Assembly: GCF_001194135.2 (NCBI RefSeq)
Contig: NC_068990.1
Location: 69,590,975-69,654,974, forward strand
Source of the DNA: Octopus bimaculoides
Lineage: Eukaryota
DNA: 64,000 nt
Direction of reading: 5' to 3'
Positions 12,130 through 26,092 of the stretch are shown here, in pieces. The notes under the pieces were generated by a model. That model was given only the letters and a program-made list of their open reading frames with translations. It made no database searches and was not told the DNA's origin. The position numbers were made by a program, and so were the translations under genes. Positions within the stretch are counted from its first letter, which is position 1. Every line of letters starts with the position of its first letter.

Positions 12130-12860
12130 TAACAAGAGAGAAAGGATTGAAAGAGTGATGGAGAGGATGAAAGGTAAATGGAAGGAGAGATAAATAAAGA
12201 AAGAAATATAGAAAGAAAGAAAGAAAGAAAGATAGAAAGATAGAAAGAGAAAGAGGATGAGTAGAGGGTGTATATAGTTTCGTCGCCTTGTTAATATTTG
12301 TAATGTAAAAAAGGCGGGATTTTGAGAACTTTCGTGTTTATCAGGAGAATCAGTGATTGTATTAGTTGATAGTATGGCAAGTAAAATTCGTTTTATAATG
12401 GAAGTTGCCCTCCGAGGGATGGATGGAGTAAAAATTGTCGGGAGAAGAGGATTGTGGGGGGAAAAGGCTGTGGACAGAGCGAATGAGTAAGCTCTGAGTA
12501 GCAGAAGAAATAGGGTAGAGGCGAAGAAGGAGGAGGTGGTGGGGAGGAGGAGAGGAGAGGAGGAAGAGAGAAGAGGAGGGGAGGAGGAGGAGGAGGGGAG
12601 GAGAGAAAGAGAAGGGGGAAGAATAAAAAAGACAACAACTACAAAGAGGAAATAGAAGTGAAAAAAGAAGTGTAAGACAAGAGGTGAGAGGAAAACAAAA
12701 GCCAAATAAAAAGAAAGAATAATTGGAAGAAAAAAAAGAAAGAAAGAAAGGCAAGTACAATGAAAAAGGATAAAAGAAATTTGAAAGACATCCAATGGAA
12801 GAAGAAAGAAATTAGTGAGGCGCGAGGTGATACACTGGGGAGAAGATAACTGGCAGGGTT
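12130..12860 (+). repeat. Polypurine (GA/GGA/GAAA) low-complexity tract
   Basis: Strongly purine-biased + strand, visible directly. Confidence 0.8.
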
Positions 12861-12967
12861 AGGTAAACAGACATCAGGAAAGATAAGAAGGTAATTTCCC
12901 GCCAAAACCAGACTCAAACATTCCAGTTGATTAAGATGTTGTTGTTGTTGGCGGTGGTGGTGGTGAT

Positions 12968-13095
12968 GACGCGTGGCTAAGTGGTTAGGGTGTGGCAACT
13001 TAGAATTGCAAGATTGTGGTTTCGATACGAGCGTTGTATCCTTAAGCAAAGCATTTCATTTCCCGTTGTCTGCTTATCAAGTTCAATGAATGCTA
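12968..13095 (+). mobile_element. SINE family C, 5' part
   Basis: gcgtggctaagtggttagggtg (A box)...gtggtttcgatac (B box)...ccttaagcaaagcatttcatttc. Confidence 0.6.
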
Positions 13096-13524
13096 CTTTA
13101 TTTCATTACATTAAATATTGGCCATTAAGGCCTTACAAAGAGGGGACAAACAAGGACAGACAAACGTAAAGTAGCTACGGGCTGGACACGGACATTAATG
13201 AGATGAGGGTGATAACAAAAGGTGAATAAAAATGAGAGAGGCACCAACGCCCGCCGATCGATAACCCCTCGAAAACATTGTTCAATACAAAGTCAAAAAT
13301 TCAATGGCAGTTCAATAAAGTTCAATAAAAGTTCTTTTTAAAGATCTAATCTTCCTCATCCGGGCCTCTGGCAATTGGTACAGAAATTGAGGATCTTCAC
13401 AATCTCAGAGGATTTTTCCGTTCTTTTTTATTTTAAAAAGTTGCTTGTGCTGTGAATTCTTTGCCGACTCAGGTTGGTCCAATGCTACATTACTCTCATT
13501 TTCTTTGTCTTACTTTCTGGTGAA

Positions 13525-13610
13525 CAGTAATCCCTCGACTATCGCGGGTGTTACGTTCCAACACCGCCCACCCCGTGATAGGTGAAAATCCGCGAAGTAG
13601 AAACAGTACT
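13525..13610 (+). mobile_element. Tigger/pogo-like DNA transposon terminus
   Basis: cagtaatccctcgactatcgcgg...ccgtgataggtgaaaatccgcgaag resembles Tigger-type CAGT-starting termini (recalled similarity, not searched). Confidence 0.5.
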
Positions 13611-13616
13611 GTACAC

Positions 13617-14006
13617 TTTTACTCTTTTACTTGTTTCAGTCATTTGACTGCGGCCATGCTGGAGCACCGCCTTTAGTCGAGCAAATCGACCCCAGGACTT
13701 ATTCTTTGTAAGCCTAGTACTCATCCTTTCAGTCTCTTTTGCCGAACCGCTAAGTTACGGGGACGTAAACACATAAGCATCGGTTGTCAAGCGTTGGTGG
13801 GGGGACAAACACAGACACACAAACACATACATATATATATACATATATACGACGGGCTTCTTTCAGCTTCCGTCTACCAAATTCACTCACAAGGCTTTGG
13901 TCGGCCCGAAGCTATAGTAGAAGACACTTGCCCAAGGTGCCACGCAGTGGGACTGAGCCCGGAACCATGTGGTTGGTAAGCAAGCTACTTACCACACAGC
14001 CACTCC
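13617..14006 (-). mobile_element. SINE family A, near full length
   Basis: Reverse complement ggagtggctgtgtggtaag (A box)...ccgggctcagtccc (B box)...ccttgggcaagtgtcttc (CORE-like)...microsatellite...gactgaaacaagtaaaagag; closely matches 50024-50424. Confidence 0.9.
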
Positions 14007-14142
14007 GGTTGGTATTTATTTATTTTATTATAAATGCAAAACAACACCACCGAGGAATTGACGTAAGCTTAAATAATAAACCTCGATAGGTGAACTGCGA
14101 AAGGTAAACCTCGATGTGACGAGGGATTATTGTATTGTTCGA

Positions 14143-14375
14143 AGGAGCGTAGCTAGGGTATTGCATTCACAATCGTAATATCATGACTTCGATCCCTGGA
14201 TCAGACGGTGGGTTGTGTTCTTGAGCAAAACGCTTCATTTCACATTACAAGAGTCCATTCAGCTGTAAATGAATAGCCTTGTGAAGGACTGACGTCCGTT
14301 CAGGGGGACGTTGGGGTCTCGGATCACTTTTGCGGTATGGAAACCGTGTTAAGCTTCTTTCCAATGAGTCCTGGA
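14143..14375 (+). mobile_element. SINE family C (degenerate)
   Basis: gcgtagctagggtattgc...cttcgatccc...gttcttgagcaaaacgcttcatttc...cagctgtaaatgaatag. Confidence 0.6.
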
Positions 14376-15771
14376 ACACTGATGTCCAGTGGTTACTGTT
14401 GTTGTTGATTTTCGTCTTATTGTTGTTGTTGTTGTTGTTATTGTGGTTGTTGCACTTGTTTCATCCCAAAAGATTCTTGATCAAACTAATCTATTATTAC
14501 AATCAATCCAGCCGTGACCTTCCATACGTTTTAGTGATATGTATAAGACTATAGTATCTCTTGTACTTTTTGGGTACATGTGAAGAAGGAGGAGGAGGAG
14601 GNNNNNNNNNNNNNNNNNNNNNNNNNNNNNNNNNNNNNNNNNNNNNNNNNNNNNNNNNNNNNNNNNNNNNNNNNNNNNNNNNNNNNNNNNNNNNNNNNNN
14701 NNNNNNNNNNNNNNNNNNNNNNNNNNNNNNNNNNNNNNNNNNNNNNNNNNNNNNNNNNNNNNNNNNNNNNNNNNNNNNNNNNNNNNNNNNNNNNNNNNNN
14801 NNNNNNNNNNNNNNNNNNNNNNNNNNNNNNNNNNNNNNNNNNNNNNNNNNNNNNNNNNNNNNNNNNNNNNNNNNNNNNNNNNNNNNNNNNNNNNNNNNNN
14901 NNNNNNNNNNNNNNNNNNNNNNNNNNNNNNNNNNNNNNNNNNNNNNNNNNNNNNNNNNGGAGGAGGAGGAGGAGGAGAAGAAGAAGGATGATGATGATGA
15001 GGAGGAGGAGGGGAGGAGGAGAAGAAGAAGAAGAAGAAGAAGAAGAAGAAGAAGAAGAAGAAGAAGAAGAAGAAGAAGAAGAAGAAATATTATGATTTGG
15101 AGATATTAGACTACTATCTGTAGCATGTCGATGGACCACGTTGAAGCTGCTTTATTGGACACCCAACTTGGTGTTGCTATTGACTACCTCCAATCAACCG
15201 TGATGGAGCTGATCAATGAGCATAATCTACCCGGCTGTAATCTTCCAGGCAAAATTCTTATATATATGCTGATTATCTCCACAATCTAATGTGTCTTCTC
15301 TTTTCTGTTTTCTTCTTTCTTTCTTTCTTTCTTTCTTTTTTTTTTTGCTTTCCTTTTTGTTTCCAAGATAGTAGGATGTTATTTAAGGGAAATTTGGCTT
15401 TTGCTTCTAGCAAATTGAGTGACCACACAAAGGGTCCCTCGTTGGATCGGTGTTTCTGTTACGGTTCATTTAAATCACTGAGACCATTGGGAACGGCATG
15501 AACAGCATTACTTCTTAAATCTGCTTTATCTGAGACCTTGTGTCAGAAACTATCACTGTCACCAGAGTCTGTGACAAATTCTCAGCCTTTGTCGCGACCT
15601 GGTTTCGAGTCACAGATAAAACCGTTTCACGTACGTCAAGACTGCTTCTCTTGTCTTGGTGAGAAATATCGCTTAGATAAGATTACGACAAATAATTTCC
15701 CTTGAGAGAGGAGGGAGAGAGAGAGAGAGATAGAAATGGGCAATAGATAGGTAAATATAGACAAAGGGATG

Positions 15772-15826
<55 letters not shown>

Positions 15827-17452
15827 GTTGAACGAGGTTTAGGAAAAAGTATAATATATATGCAAAGAAGCTGAGAAGTGAAAGAGAGGAGTGAGGCGTA
15901 TGAAGGAACAAAGGGAAATGAGAAAGAGAAATAAAGAGAAATAGATAGAGAGGAAAGAAGCGAAGGAGAGGGAGGGAGGGAGGGAGGAAATAGAGNNNNN
16001 NNNNNNNNNNNNNNNNNNNNNNNNNNNNNNNNNNNNNNNNNNNNNNNNNNNNNNNNNNNNNNNNNNNNNNNNNNNNNNNNNNNNNNNNNNNNNNNNNNNN
16101 NNNNNNNNNNNNNNNNNNNNNNNNNNNNNNNNNNNNNNNNNNNNNNNNNNNNNNNNNNNNNNNNNNNNNNNNNNNNNNNNNNNNNNNNNNNNNNNNNNNN
16201 NNNNNNNNNNNNNNNNNNNNNNNNNNNNNNNNNNNNNNNNNNNNNNNNNNNNNNNNNNNNNNNNNNNNNNNNNNNNNNNNNNNNNNNNNNNNNNNNNNNN
16301 NNNNNNNNNNNNNNNNNNNNNNNNNNNNNNNNNNNNNNNNNNNNNNNNNNNNNNNNNNNNNNNNNNNNNNNNNNNNNNNNNNNNNNNNNNNNNNNNNNNN
16401 NNNNNNNNNNNNNNNNNNNNNNNNNNNNNNNNNNNNNNNNNNNNNNNNNNNNNNNNNNNNNNNNNNNNNNNNNNNNNNNNNNNNNNNNNNNNNNNNNNNN
16501 NNNNNNNNNNNNNNNNNNNNNNNNNNNNNNNNNNNNNNNNNNNNNNNNNNNNNNNNNNNNNNNNNNNNNNNNNNNNNNNNNNNNNNNNNNNNNNNNNNNN
16601 NNNNNNNNNNNNNNNNNNNNNNNNNNNNNNNNNNNNNNNNNNNNNNNNNNNNNNNNNNNNNNNNNNNNNNNNNNNNNNNNNNNNNNNNNNNNNNNNNNNN
16701 NNNNNNNNNNNNNNNNNNNNNNNNNNNNNNNNNNNNNNNNNNNNNNNNNNNNNNNNNNNNNNNNNNNNNNNNNNNNNNNNNNNNNNNNNNNNNNNNNNNN
16801 TGGAGGAGGAAGTGGAGGAGGAAGTGGAGGAGGAGGAGGAGGAGGAGGAAGAGGAAGAGGAGAAGGAGGCAGTATGAAGGAAGTTGAGATATTTATTGAA
16901 TCTTTTGCCTCTTTCTCTCACTTGCCTCACACAGCTACTCCTACTCTCTCTCTCTCTCACTTTGTTAACTTGCCGTCTTATATTGTCATTAAAGATAAGA
17001 AAAAGAAGAAAAGAAAGACGATGAAGATGCGAATTAAAACTGAAAAGGAAAAATAACACGAAAGAAGGAGAAGAAGAAGAAGGAGAAGGAGAAGGAGGAG
17101 GGGGAGGAGGAGGAAGAAGAAGAAGAAGAAGGAGAAAGAAGAAGAAGAAGGAGAAAAAGAAGAAGGAGGCGAGAGTGGTGGTGGTAGAGCAATATGAAAT
17201 AAACTGGGAAAAGAATGAGGTGGAGGGGGAGTAGATTAAAGCCTGGTTTGTTGATGGGAAAAAGTAAACTCAACATTGATGTCAAAGTTATCGCTTTGTC
17301 GGTAAGATATGACGTCACATCGACAGATAGAGATAGAATAAATACGCGCGCATAGAAAAAATAGGTGTGTATGCGTGTGTGTGTGTGTGTGCATGAGTGT
17401 GTACGTTTGCTTGCGTAAAAATACAGATTATATGTATGTGCGTGTATATATA

Positions 17453-17513
<61 letters not shown>

Positions 17514-17640
17514 GTAGAGAGAGAGAGAGAGAGAGATACATACATACATATATGAAAATATATATGTATATACCTATATATATTATATATATGTATGTAT
17601 TAATGTATATATATGTAAATATATATGTATATGTATGTTT

Positions 17641-17714
<74 letters not shown>

Positions 17715-18400
17715 NNNNNNNNNNNNNNNNNNNNNNNNNNNNNNNNNNNNNNNNNNNNNNNNNNNNNNNNNNNNNNNNNNNNNNNNNNNNNNNNNNNNNN
17801 NNNNNNNNNNNNNNNNNNNNNNNNNNNNNNNNNNNNNNNNNNNNNNNNNNNNNNNNNNNNNNNNNNNNNNNNNNNNNNNNNNNNNNNNNNNNNNNNNNNN
17901 NNNNNNNNNNNNNNNNNNNNNNNNNNNNNNNNNNNNNNNNNNNNNNNNNNNNNNNNNNNNNNNNNNNNNNNNNNNNNNNNNNNNNNNNNNNNNNNNNNNN
18001 NNNNNNNNNNNNNNNNNNNNNNNNNNNNNNNNNNNNNNNNNNNNNNNNNNNNNNNNNNNNNNNNNNNNNNNNNNNNNNNNNNNNNNNNNNNNNNNNNNNN
18101 NNNNNNNNNNNNNNNNNNNNNNNNNNNNNNNNNNNNNNNNNNNNNNNNNNNNNNNNNNNNNNNNNNNNNNNNNNNNNNNNNNNNNNNNNNNNNNNNNNNN
18201 NNNNNNNNNNNNNNNNNNNNNNNNNNNNNNNNNNNNNNNNNNNNNNNNNNNNNNNNNNNNNNNNNNNNNNNNNNNNNNNNNNNNNNNNNNNNNNNNNNNN
18301 NNNNNNNNNNNNNNNNNNNNNNNNNNNNNNNNNNACCAAATATGACAGCTTTGGCGATGAAGTCGTGCGCAAGACACATCGCCGCCATCATCATCATTAC

Positions 18401-18431
<31 letters not shown>

Positions 18432-18828
18432 GTCGTCGTCGTCGTCGTCGTCATCGTTTCCGTTGTTCTTATTACATAGAAACGGCTGCCCCAAATGTTC
18501 GCCATTTGCGTTCCGTTCTGTGACGGTCAGTTACCCAGATTTATTGCCTAACTGGAACTGTTTCTCTTCTGGTAAATTACCTTTGGAAACAGCCCAGCAT
18601 TAGCATCGTAATTTCCTATACCCTGCCTTTGGATATACCAAATATCTAATATCCACGCCACACACACACACACACACACACCTACACACACACACACATA
18701 CACACACACACACACGCACTCACACACACACACACACACACTCACTCACACTCACACACACATTTATATATAATACATGCAAGTATTCTATAAGTGAGAG
18801 TATATCTTGATAAACACATACACACACA

Positions 18829-18878
<50 letters not shown>

Positions 18879-19494
18879 TATATATGTATGTAGGTGAGTG
18901 TAGTTTTGTTTGTTTTTATGCACTGTTGTCTCCACATCAGATCCACAGCGGGAAAACACTTGCTCGGCCCCCTACACTTGCTCGGCCCCCCTACACTTCT
19001 GTTCTTCACTTACAGTCTCACATTTCTGTAACTCTCTTTCCCTTTCTCTCTCTCTCACCCACCACCCTTTCTACATCACAAACACACTTTCTTTCTCACA
19101 CACACTCACACACGTTCTCTTTATCCCGTCATCCTCTCTATATGACATACACACATTCATTTTCTCACCCTCTGACTCTCTCACTCTCTCTCTCTCCCTC
19201 GCACTTTCTATCTCTGTCGCTGTCTCTGTCTGTTAGTCTCCCCTCATCTCTCTCACACACATTCATCTTACATTCTCCACTTTGTTTTACTACGTAATGT
19301 CGTTCCGCTCCTCCAATGTGCTGTTTCCAAAAGTCACCATTCACAACATTAGCAGCAAACATTTGTTTGGTACATATCCACTTAAGAAAATACAACCATG
19401 GTGTAATCCCATGGTAGTATATCACAGCCCAGAGCCACATCAAACAAGATTTACATTAAGCAGTACAAAGTAACCAAACCCTTAATAATTAGAC

Positions 19495-19754
19495 CAGAGG
19501 TTCTCATCGGAGGTCCGCATGACCCTGGGGGGTTCGTATAGAATTTTGCTGCTAAAGTTTATGTGCAGTAAATTGGTTATACTTTTTACAATGCATAAAA
19601 TATTTTAACAATTTCTTAATACAATTCCTAATAATAATTATAAAAATATTATAGAATTTTTTTTTTAAAAAGCATGAAACGGTTATGTGGGTCAACCTGA
19701 ATAAAATAGGAATCAAAGGGTTCCATAGGTTAAAAAAATGGTTGAGAAATACTG
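19495..19754. mobile_element. hAT (Charlie-like) MITE, 260 bp
   Basis: Termini CAGAGGTTCTCA...TGAGAAATACTG; flanking 8-mers aattagac and gataagac match at 6/8, consistent with a decayed 8-bp TSD. Confidence 0.7.
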
Positions 19755-20127
19755 GATAAGACATTACATCTATTTGTTAGCTTGATAGGTAGACTTAATC
19801 CAGAATCCGGTTTTAAACCATCAGCTGACCTTCTTTAGGATGTTTTAGATGGGTCGAATGTGGAAAGTATTCTGGTCTGAGAATATCTTCCTCATTTCCC
19901 CTTACCAGTGAACACGGTCCTAATATATCAGCCCTTCGTCTTCTAACCATTAAAGTATTAAGAATTAAAGGGGAAAAGTCTGTGATTATTTATTTACATG
20001 GTCGGAGTGGACGGAGCTCATAATCACATCTAGTCATGGTGGATGAAGAACATATATCGTTGAAACTAATGTACCTTACTATTTAAACGGACGGTCTGCA
20101 GATGTCGCTGATTCGGTAGATAATATT

Positions 20128-20410
20128 GGTTTCAGGTTTAGGTACAAGGCCATTAATTTCGGGAGGAGGGGTTAAGTCGATTATATCGACTCCAGTGCTC
20201 AACTAGCACTTATTTTACCGACCCCGAAAGGATGAAATACAAAGTCGACATTGGCGGAATTTGAACTCAGAACGTAAAAACGGACGAAATGCCGCTAATC
20301 ATTTTGCCTGGCATGCTTCAGCAAATAATATCGGTTTCAAACGTTAGGGCAGACGAAATGCCGCTATGCATTTTGCCCGGCATGCTAACGATTCTGCCAC
20401 CGCGCCGCCT
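20128..20410 (-). mobile_element. SINE family B with duplicated head segment
   Basis: Full B-family body; gacgaaatgccgcta...cattttgcc.ggcatgct occurs twice. Confidence 0.85.
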
Positions 20411-20884
20411 GCTTTGGCAGACAATGTTAAACGTTGGTCAGTAATCTGCGCTTGTTGTTGTTGTCGTTCTCGGTGTCTCGTATTCACCTTGGCTAGAAAC
20501 ATCTGTGATGCAATGCATTCAAACCGTAATCGTTCCCTCCTTACGATAATGCGACTCCAGATGCATTATATATCTAGGAGTACAGTATTTCGAGTACACT
20601 TGCCTACATGCCTTTATAAGACTTCAGGGTGAAATGTGAGGTACACTTAGGTTCTATTTCTAACGAGTTAAGCTACTGTGAAGGGGTCTCTTATTCAAAT
20701 AGTTTCTGTATTGTCGATCGTCTATTTGTTGACTTAGAACAACAGAAACACGCGAAATTTTGCGATAATTGGTTACCCAATTGTTAACATATTTCTGCAA
20801 AATACACTGCCTTTGTTCCAATTACTTGTGAAAATAAGGAAGAACTTAATGAAATAACTGTCATTATCAAATTGGTGTTTTTAT

Positions 20885-21093
20885 AAGGCGGTGAGCTAGC
20901 CGAATCGTTAGCACACTGAACGGAATGTTTAACAGCATTTCGTCCGTCTTTACGTTCTGAGTTCATATCCTACCGAGGTCGACTTAACCTTTCATTCTTT
21001 CAGAGTCGATGAAATAAATACCAAGTTGAGTACTGGGGTCGATGTAATCGAGCTACCCTTGAACTTGCTCAGCTAGTGCCAAAATCTGAAACT
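20885..21093 (+). mobile_element. SINE family B
   Basis: aaggcggtgagctagccgaatcgttagcac...ctgagttcatatcc...ggggtcgatgtaatcg...gtgccaaaatctgaaac. Confidence 0.85.
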
Positions 21094-21306
21094 AATATTA
21101 AGTTGGTGTTTGAAACAAAATTAAAAAGGAAATTTTGATGATAAGTCTTAATTTGCGTCGTTTTGAAATAGGAAAATCTGCATCACAGAACCAAGGGCGA
21201 TATCAGGCAGGTTGGAGTTAAAAAGGTTAATGAACGTTACCATGGCAAAGTAATTTTTGGGGGATCACTACTACAAATGTTATTCTTTGATAAATTACTA
21301 ATAATG

Positions 21307-21494
21307 TAGGCGTAGTTGTGTGGTTAAAATAAGTGCAAGCTTGGCTGTGCTTCCCGACCCCATGGTTCTTTTCGGGTCCAGTCCCACTGCGTGGTACCTT
21401 GTAAAAGTGTCTTCTAGTATAGCTCTGGATCGACCAAAGATTTGTGTGAGAATTTGGTAGACAGAAACTGAAAGAAGCCCTTTATGTGTGTCTG

Positions 21495-21543
<49 letters not shown>

Positions 21544-21862
21544 TTGTGTGTGTGTATATAAATACATACATACATACATGCACACACATACATATATACA
21601 TACACATGTATGTATGTATGTATGTATGTATGTATGTGTGTGTGTATGTATGTATGCATGTGTTTGTCTCCCACCACTGATTGACAGCTGGTGTTGTTTG
21701 TTTATGTCCCTGTATCATAACTATTCGGCAAAAGAGACCGATAGAGTAAATGCCAAGCTTAAAAACACGTACTGGGGTCGATTCCGTTTGGGTAAAACCC
21801 TTTAAGGCGATGCTCCAGTATGGCCTCAGTCCAATGACTTAAACAAGTAAAAGTTAAAAAGA
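21307..21862 (+). mobile_element. SINE family A with ~180-bp internal microsatellite
   Basis: Head, CORE-like box, (TG)/(TACA) tract and 3' domain are all present. Confidence 0.8.
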
Positions 21863-22109
21863 TAATCAACTTATTAACCCTAAAATTCTGATGAAAGGAA
21901 TTGTTTCACATATTAGTAATATTGTTAAACTAACAATGGACATTCTACATTATACGTGATCGCTCACGCTCCGCTTAACTACATCTCCTTCATGCAAAAG
22001 GCGTCACTAGGGAATGTCCCTCTAGTTATAATGACTTTTGGAATTTAAATACATACATACATACATACATACATACATACGTACGTACGTACGTACGTAC
22101 GTGCATGCA

Positions 22110-22470
22110 TACATACATGAGGACTTGACACATTCCTTAAAGCGCAGCCTTAGTTTCTGCCGGAGTCTCCTTCCATTCACAAGTTCTCCATAGAGCATCT
22201 GCTTAGGAATCCTGCTATCCTTCATTCTAATAACGTGTCCAGTCCAACGTAACCGGTGCTTGTGCACCATTGCCTCAATACTCAAGATATCAGCTGTCCT
22301 CAGGATCTGTGTGTCTGGAATCCATGAGGTCTAGCCAACATTGAGAACGTGCCTGAGACATATCTGATGAAAGCGTTCAAGGACCCTTACCTGACGTTTG
22401 TACAGAGTCCATGTTTCACACGAGTGCAGGAGCCATGTCAGTACACAAGCACGGTACACAGCAACACATA
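22110..22470 (-). mobile_element. RTE-clade LINE, 3' end of ORF2 followed by (TATG)n-type tail
   Basis: LLHSCETWTLYKRQVRVLERFHQICLRHVL and SIEAMVHKHRLRWTGHVIRMKDSRIPKQMLYGEL are typical of the RTE/BovB C-terminus. Confidence 0.9.
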
Positions 22471-22499
22471 CATACATACATACGTACGTACATATTGCA

Positions 22500-23930
22500 A
22501 AATTGCGAGAGAACAAGTAGTTCAAATTCAAGATCCCAGCTTTTGAACAATATTCTCGCGAGACTGAGATATGGAGATATGAGTTTCGGCAAGTTAAATG
22601 CTCATAGTCAACAGAGGAAAGATTGTCGTCCATCCAGAGAACATGTACATCAATGGCTTGTCTATCATCCATATGCCTAATGATGAAAACTACAAGTTTC
22701 TTGGAATTGATGGGAATGTTGTATAAGTTGGTGCCGTGACTAAAACCAGAATAACAGAAGAGTACTTCTGTAAGCTCCGGAAAATATGGAACTCAGAGCT
22801 GTTTGCATTTAACAAGACCATATCTCACAATGCTTTTGCAGTGCCAGTACTAGTACCAACACTTGGGATGTTAGACTGGATACTCGTCGAGAAACGCAGC
22901 CCGGGCATCAAAACCAGCCAGGTACTGGCCACCACAAGCAACTTGCGTATTAACAGCGACACCAATAGAATCTATGTGAGACGAAGTGATGATAGTAGCG
23001 GCATAAGGTCAGTCGAAACATCCTTAGAATGTATTGTATCACTCAGACAACATCTGCTGAAAAGTAAAGAAAGAAGTAAATACATCCATGCCTATTCAAA
23101 AGTGAAAGCAACAACATTTTCAGTGTTGGAGAACTACTGTCCAGGTACTCTCAAAATACAACTGTCCCATGCGACCCAAAGGAAGCTGGACTGGCCTACC
23201 TAAACAGAAGCTTGGAGGAGAAACAGGTATGATACCAGCAAAAAGCCTGTGATAGATACATTACAACCCACCTAGAAGGATTTGACTTCGCCATTCAGGA
23301 ACAGGATATAGCTACTAAATACCTGAAAAACAAGACGGACAGCTCCACGTTGTGATAAAATATGTCGGCTCTACTATATCAATGTGGAAGATATCACCCA
23401 CATTATCAGCAGCTTCCCCAAGATGTCTACGAGATACTACCTGTCCCTGACGGATGAAATAGTTGCAAAGACTATTTACAATGCTATCCGCAGGAAGGAC
23501 TGCACTGACGCATACATCAAAGCCATGTCAGAACCAGCAGGTATCCACACCTTTAAAAAACAAGGAATATTAGTGGAACACCCCAATAAAAACATCAATT
23601 CGGTGCAAACATAACAGACCTGATATTCTTCTATGGGACAGGGAACAAAAGTCATGCACTGTTGTAGAGGCCAGCTGCCTAGCGGATGTGAATGTGCCAT
23701 CAAAAGTCCAGAGAAAGGAAAACGTTTATGGTGAGTTAATGCGGAACTTACAGTTATGGTATCCTGACTATAAATTATCGTTTATACTTATCATCATAGG
23801 TGCATTAATTTTTGTACCAACAAATTCACACAAAAATCTAGAAATACTAGGGTTTTCGAAGAAAGAGCAAAAGAAACTGACGCGGATTCTTCAAACCCAA
23901 TCTATAATTGGCACAGTGATGACATTCTAA
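22500..23930 (+). mobile_element. Dong/R4-type non-LTR retrotransposon (RT C-terminus, Zn knuckle, RLE), decayed
   Basis: YKFLGI...KIWNSEL..NKT..NAFAVPVL; FAIQEQ; CDKICR...VEDITHIISS; ...IIIGAL...QTQSIIGT; many frameshifts and stops. Confidence 0.85.
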
Positions 23931-24206
23931 AGATTTTCTATCTCAGATTCTTTAGATGAATGGATGCACGCACATAAGTACGTATTGACAGTTCAACCAA
24001 CACACTAACTCAATCACATATTTAGAAAGACCGGGAACTCTCCCAACTCAAAAAGTCTTGTCACTTTGTTAGTGGCTGGTTTGAATTCTCTTAAGAACTT
24101 AAATAAAACTCAAAGAAAAACGTATATGTGTGTGAGTGTGTAGACATAACAACTGCATGTACGTACATATATTATATAGGCATGTATATACAAGTATATA
24201 TTTGCA

Positions 24207-24242
<36 letters not shown>

Positions 24243-24269
24243 GAAATATATATGCACATACATACACAC

Positions 24270-24358
<89 letters not shown>

Positions 24359-25240
24359 TTTATGTATGTAATACTACATGCATTGCAAACTGAAGTCAAT
24401 TAAATGAGCGTTAATAACTTTACAACAACACCACCACCAACAACAACAACAATAATAATTATAATAATAATATTCTTGTTTAATTGTTTTATTTACTAAT
24501 CTCAGACAGGTAATTACATTCTTATTATTGTCTGGTTCAGATAGGATCTCAGTCTCTTCTCCATAGAAATAAGCAGTTTGGCAACAACAGCAAACACAGA
24601 GAGGAAAATATCATTAGGTTGTCAGTTGAACATCCAGAAATAAGGATATTTAATATTGGAATAAAGTCACTCTATTTTTGAAGTGAAGTGTAAGTCGACC
24701 GTTGTAGTTAACTGAGAGACATTATGTTGACTCCACAAGGATAAAATTTGGAGCCAGTTTGGGTAAAGATTTGAGCTTAAGCCTAACTAAAATGCCATCA
24801 GGAATTTAATGCAAGACTCCACCGCTCCTACCAGCTGTCGACTTTCTTTAGCAGAAGTATTAATTGGAATAAGAACAACAATCTTGGAGAAATGTAATTG
24901 TTAGTAAAAGAGTAGCGATCTTTTGAGAGGGAATTAGTTGTGTTAGGTTAATAAACAAAACAATCTTTCAAGATTGTTATTGTAAGGTAGAGACATGTTT
25001 TCTTCTGTTATGTTATTAATACTCAGATTAACTATCTTAATACGACAACATTAATAATTTCAGTTATTGTACGAAGATATTGCAGAGTTCACCTTGTAAG
25101 AACTGGAGCCGTGTTGAGTGTTCTCCCTGTAACACAGTCGACTATTACCAGAAAAATTAAAGCATAAAATATGTTTAATTAGGAATGTGTCATCACTAGA
25201 TTAATTAAATCTGATTTATTTCGAATTGATTTCGTTCATG

Positions 25241-25430
25241 ACAGTGAGCTGGCAAAATCGTTGGCACACCGGGGAAAATGCTTAGTGACATTTATTCCGG
25301 CTTTACGTTCTGAGTTCAATTGCCGGCGAGGTTGAGTTTGCCTTTCATTCTTTCATGTCGAGTACCAGTCGAGCAATAATGTTGTAATCGACTAATCACC
25401 TCCCCACAAAATGTCAAGCCTTGTGCCAAA
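25241..25430 (+). mobile_element. SINE family B
   Basis: gagctggcaaaatcgttggcacaccgg...ctgagttcaattgcc...gccttgtgccaaa. Confidence 0.75.
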
Positions 25431-26092
25431 TAAAAGAAAGAATCAAGTGAACTTGGTCAAAGCCTATCGTTAGAGCATTGAGAAAAGTACTTTCCGGTTT
25501 CTCTTCTGATTATACTGTCTCGGTTCAAAGCCCGCTGAGGTCAACTTTATCTTTCATTCTTTCGGAGTTCGATAAAAATAAAACCGTAACAATCTNNNNN
25601 NNNNNNNNNNNNNNNNNNNNNNNNNNNNNNNNNNNNNNNNNNNNNNNNNNNNNNNNNNNNNNNNNNNNNNNNNNNNNNNNNNNNNNNNNNNNNNNNNNNN
25701 NNNNNNNNNNNNNNNNNNNNNNNNNNNNNNNNNNNNNNNNNNNNNNNNNNNNNNNNNNNNNNNNNNNNNNNNNNNNNNNNNNNNNNNNNNNNNNNNNNNN
25801 NNNNNNNNNNNNNNNNNNNNNNNNNNNNNNNNNNNNNNNNNNNNNNNNNNNNNNNNNNNNNNNNNNNNNNNNNNNNNNNNNNNNNNNNNNNNNNNNNNNN
25901 NNNNNNNNNNNNNNNNNNNNNNNNNNNNNNNNNNNNNNNNNNNNNNNNNNNNNNNNNNNNNNNNNNNNNNNNNNNNNNNNNNNNNNNNNNNNNNNNNNNN
26001 NNNNNNNNNNNNNNNNNNNNNNNNNNNNNNNNNNNNNNNNNNNNNNNNNAAATAGAACTTTTTCCGCAATGCTGCATAAAATAGTTTTCATA

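Noticed and set aside
12124-12795. 223-aa and overlapping F/L/S-rich ORFs
   Set aside because: They arise from the polypurine/polypyrimidine low-complexity tract.
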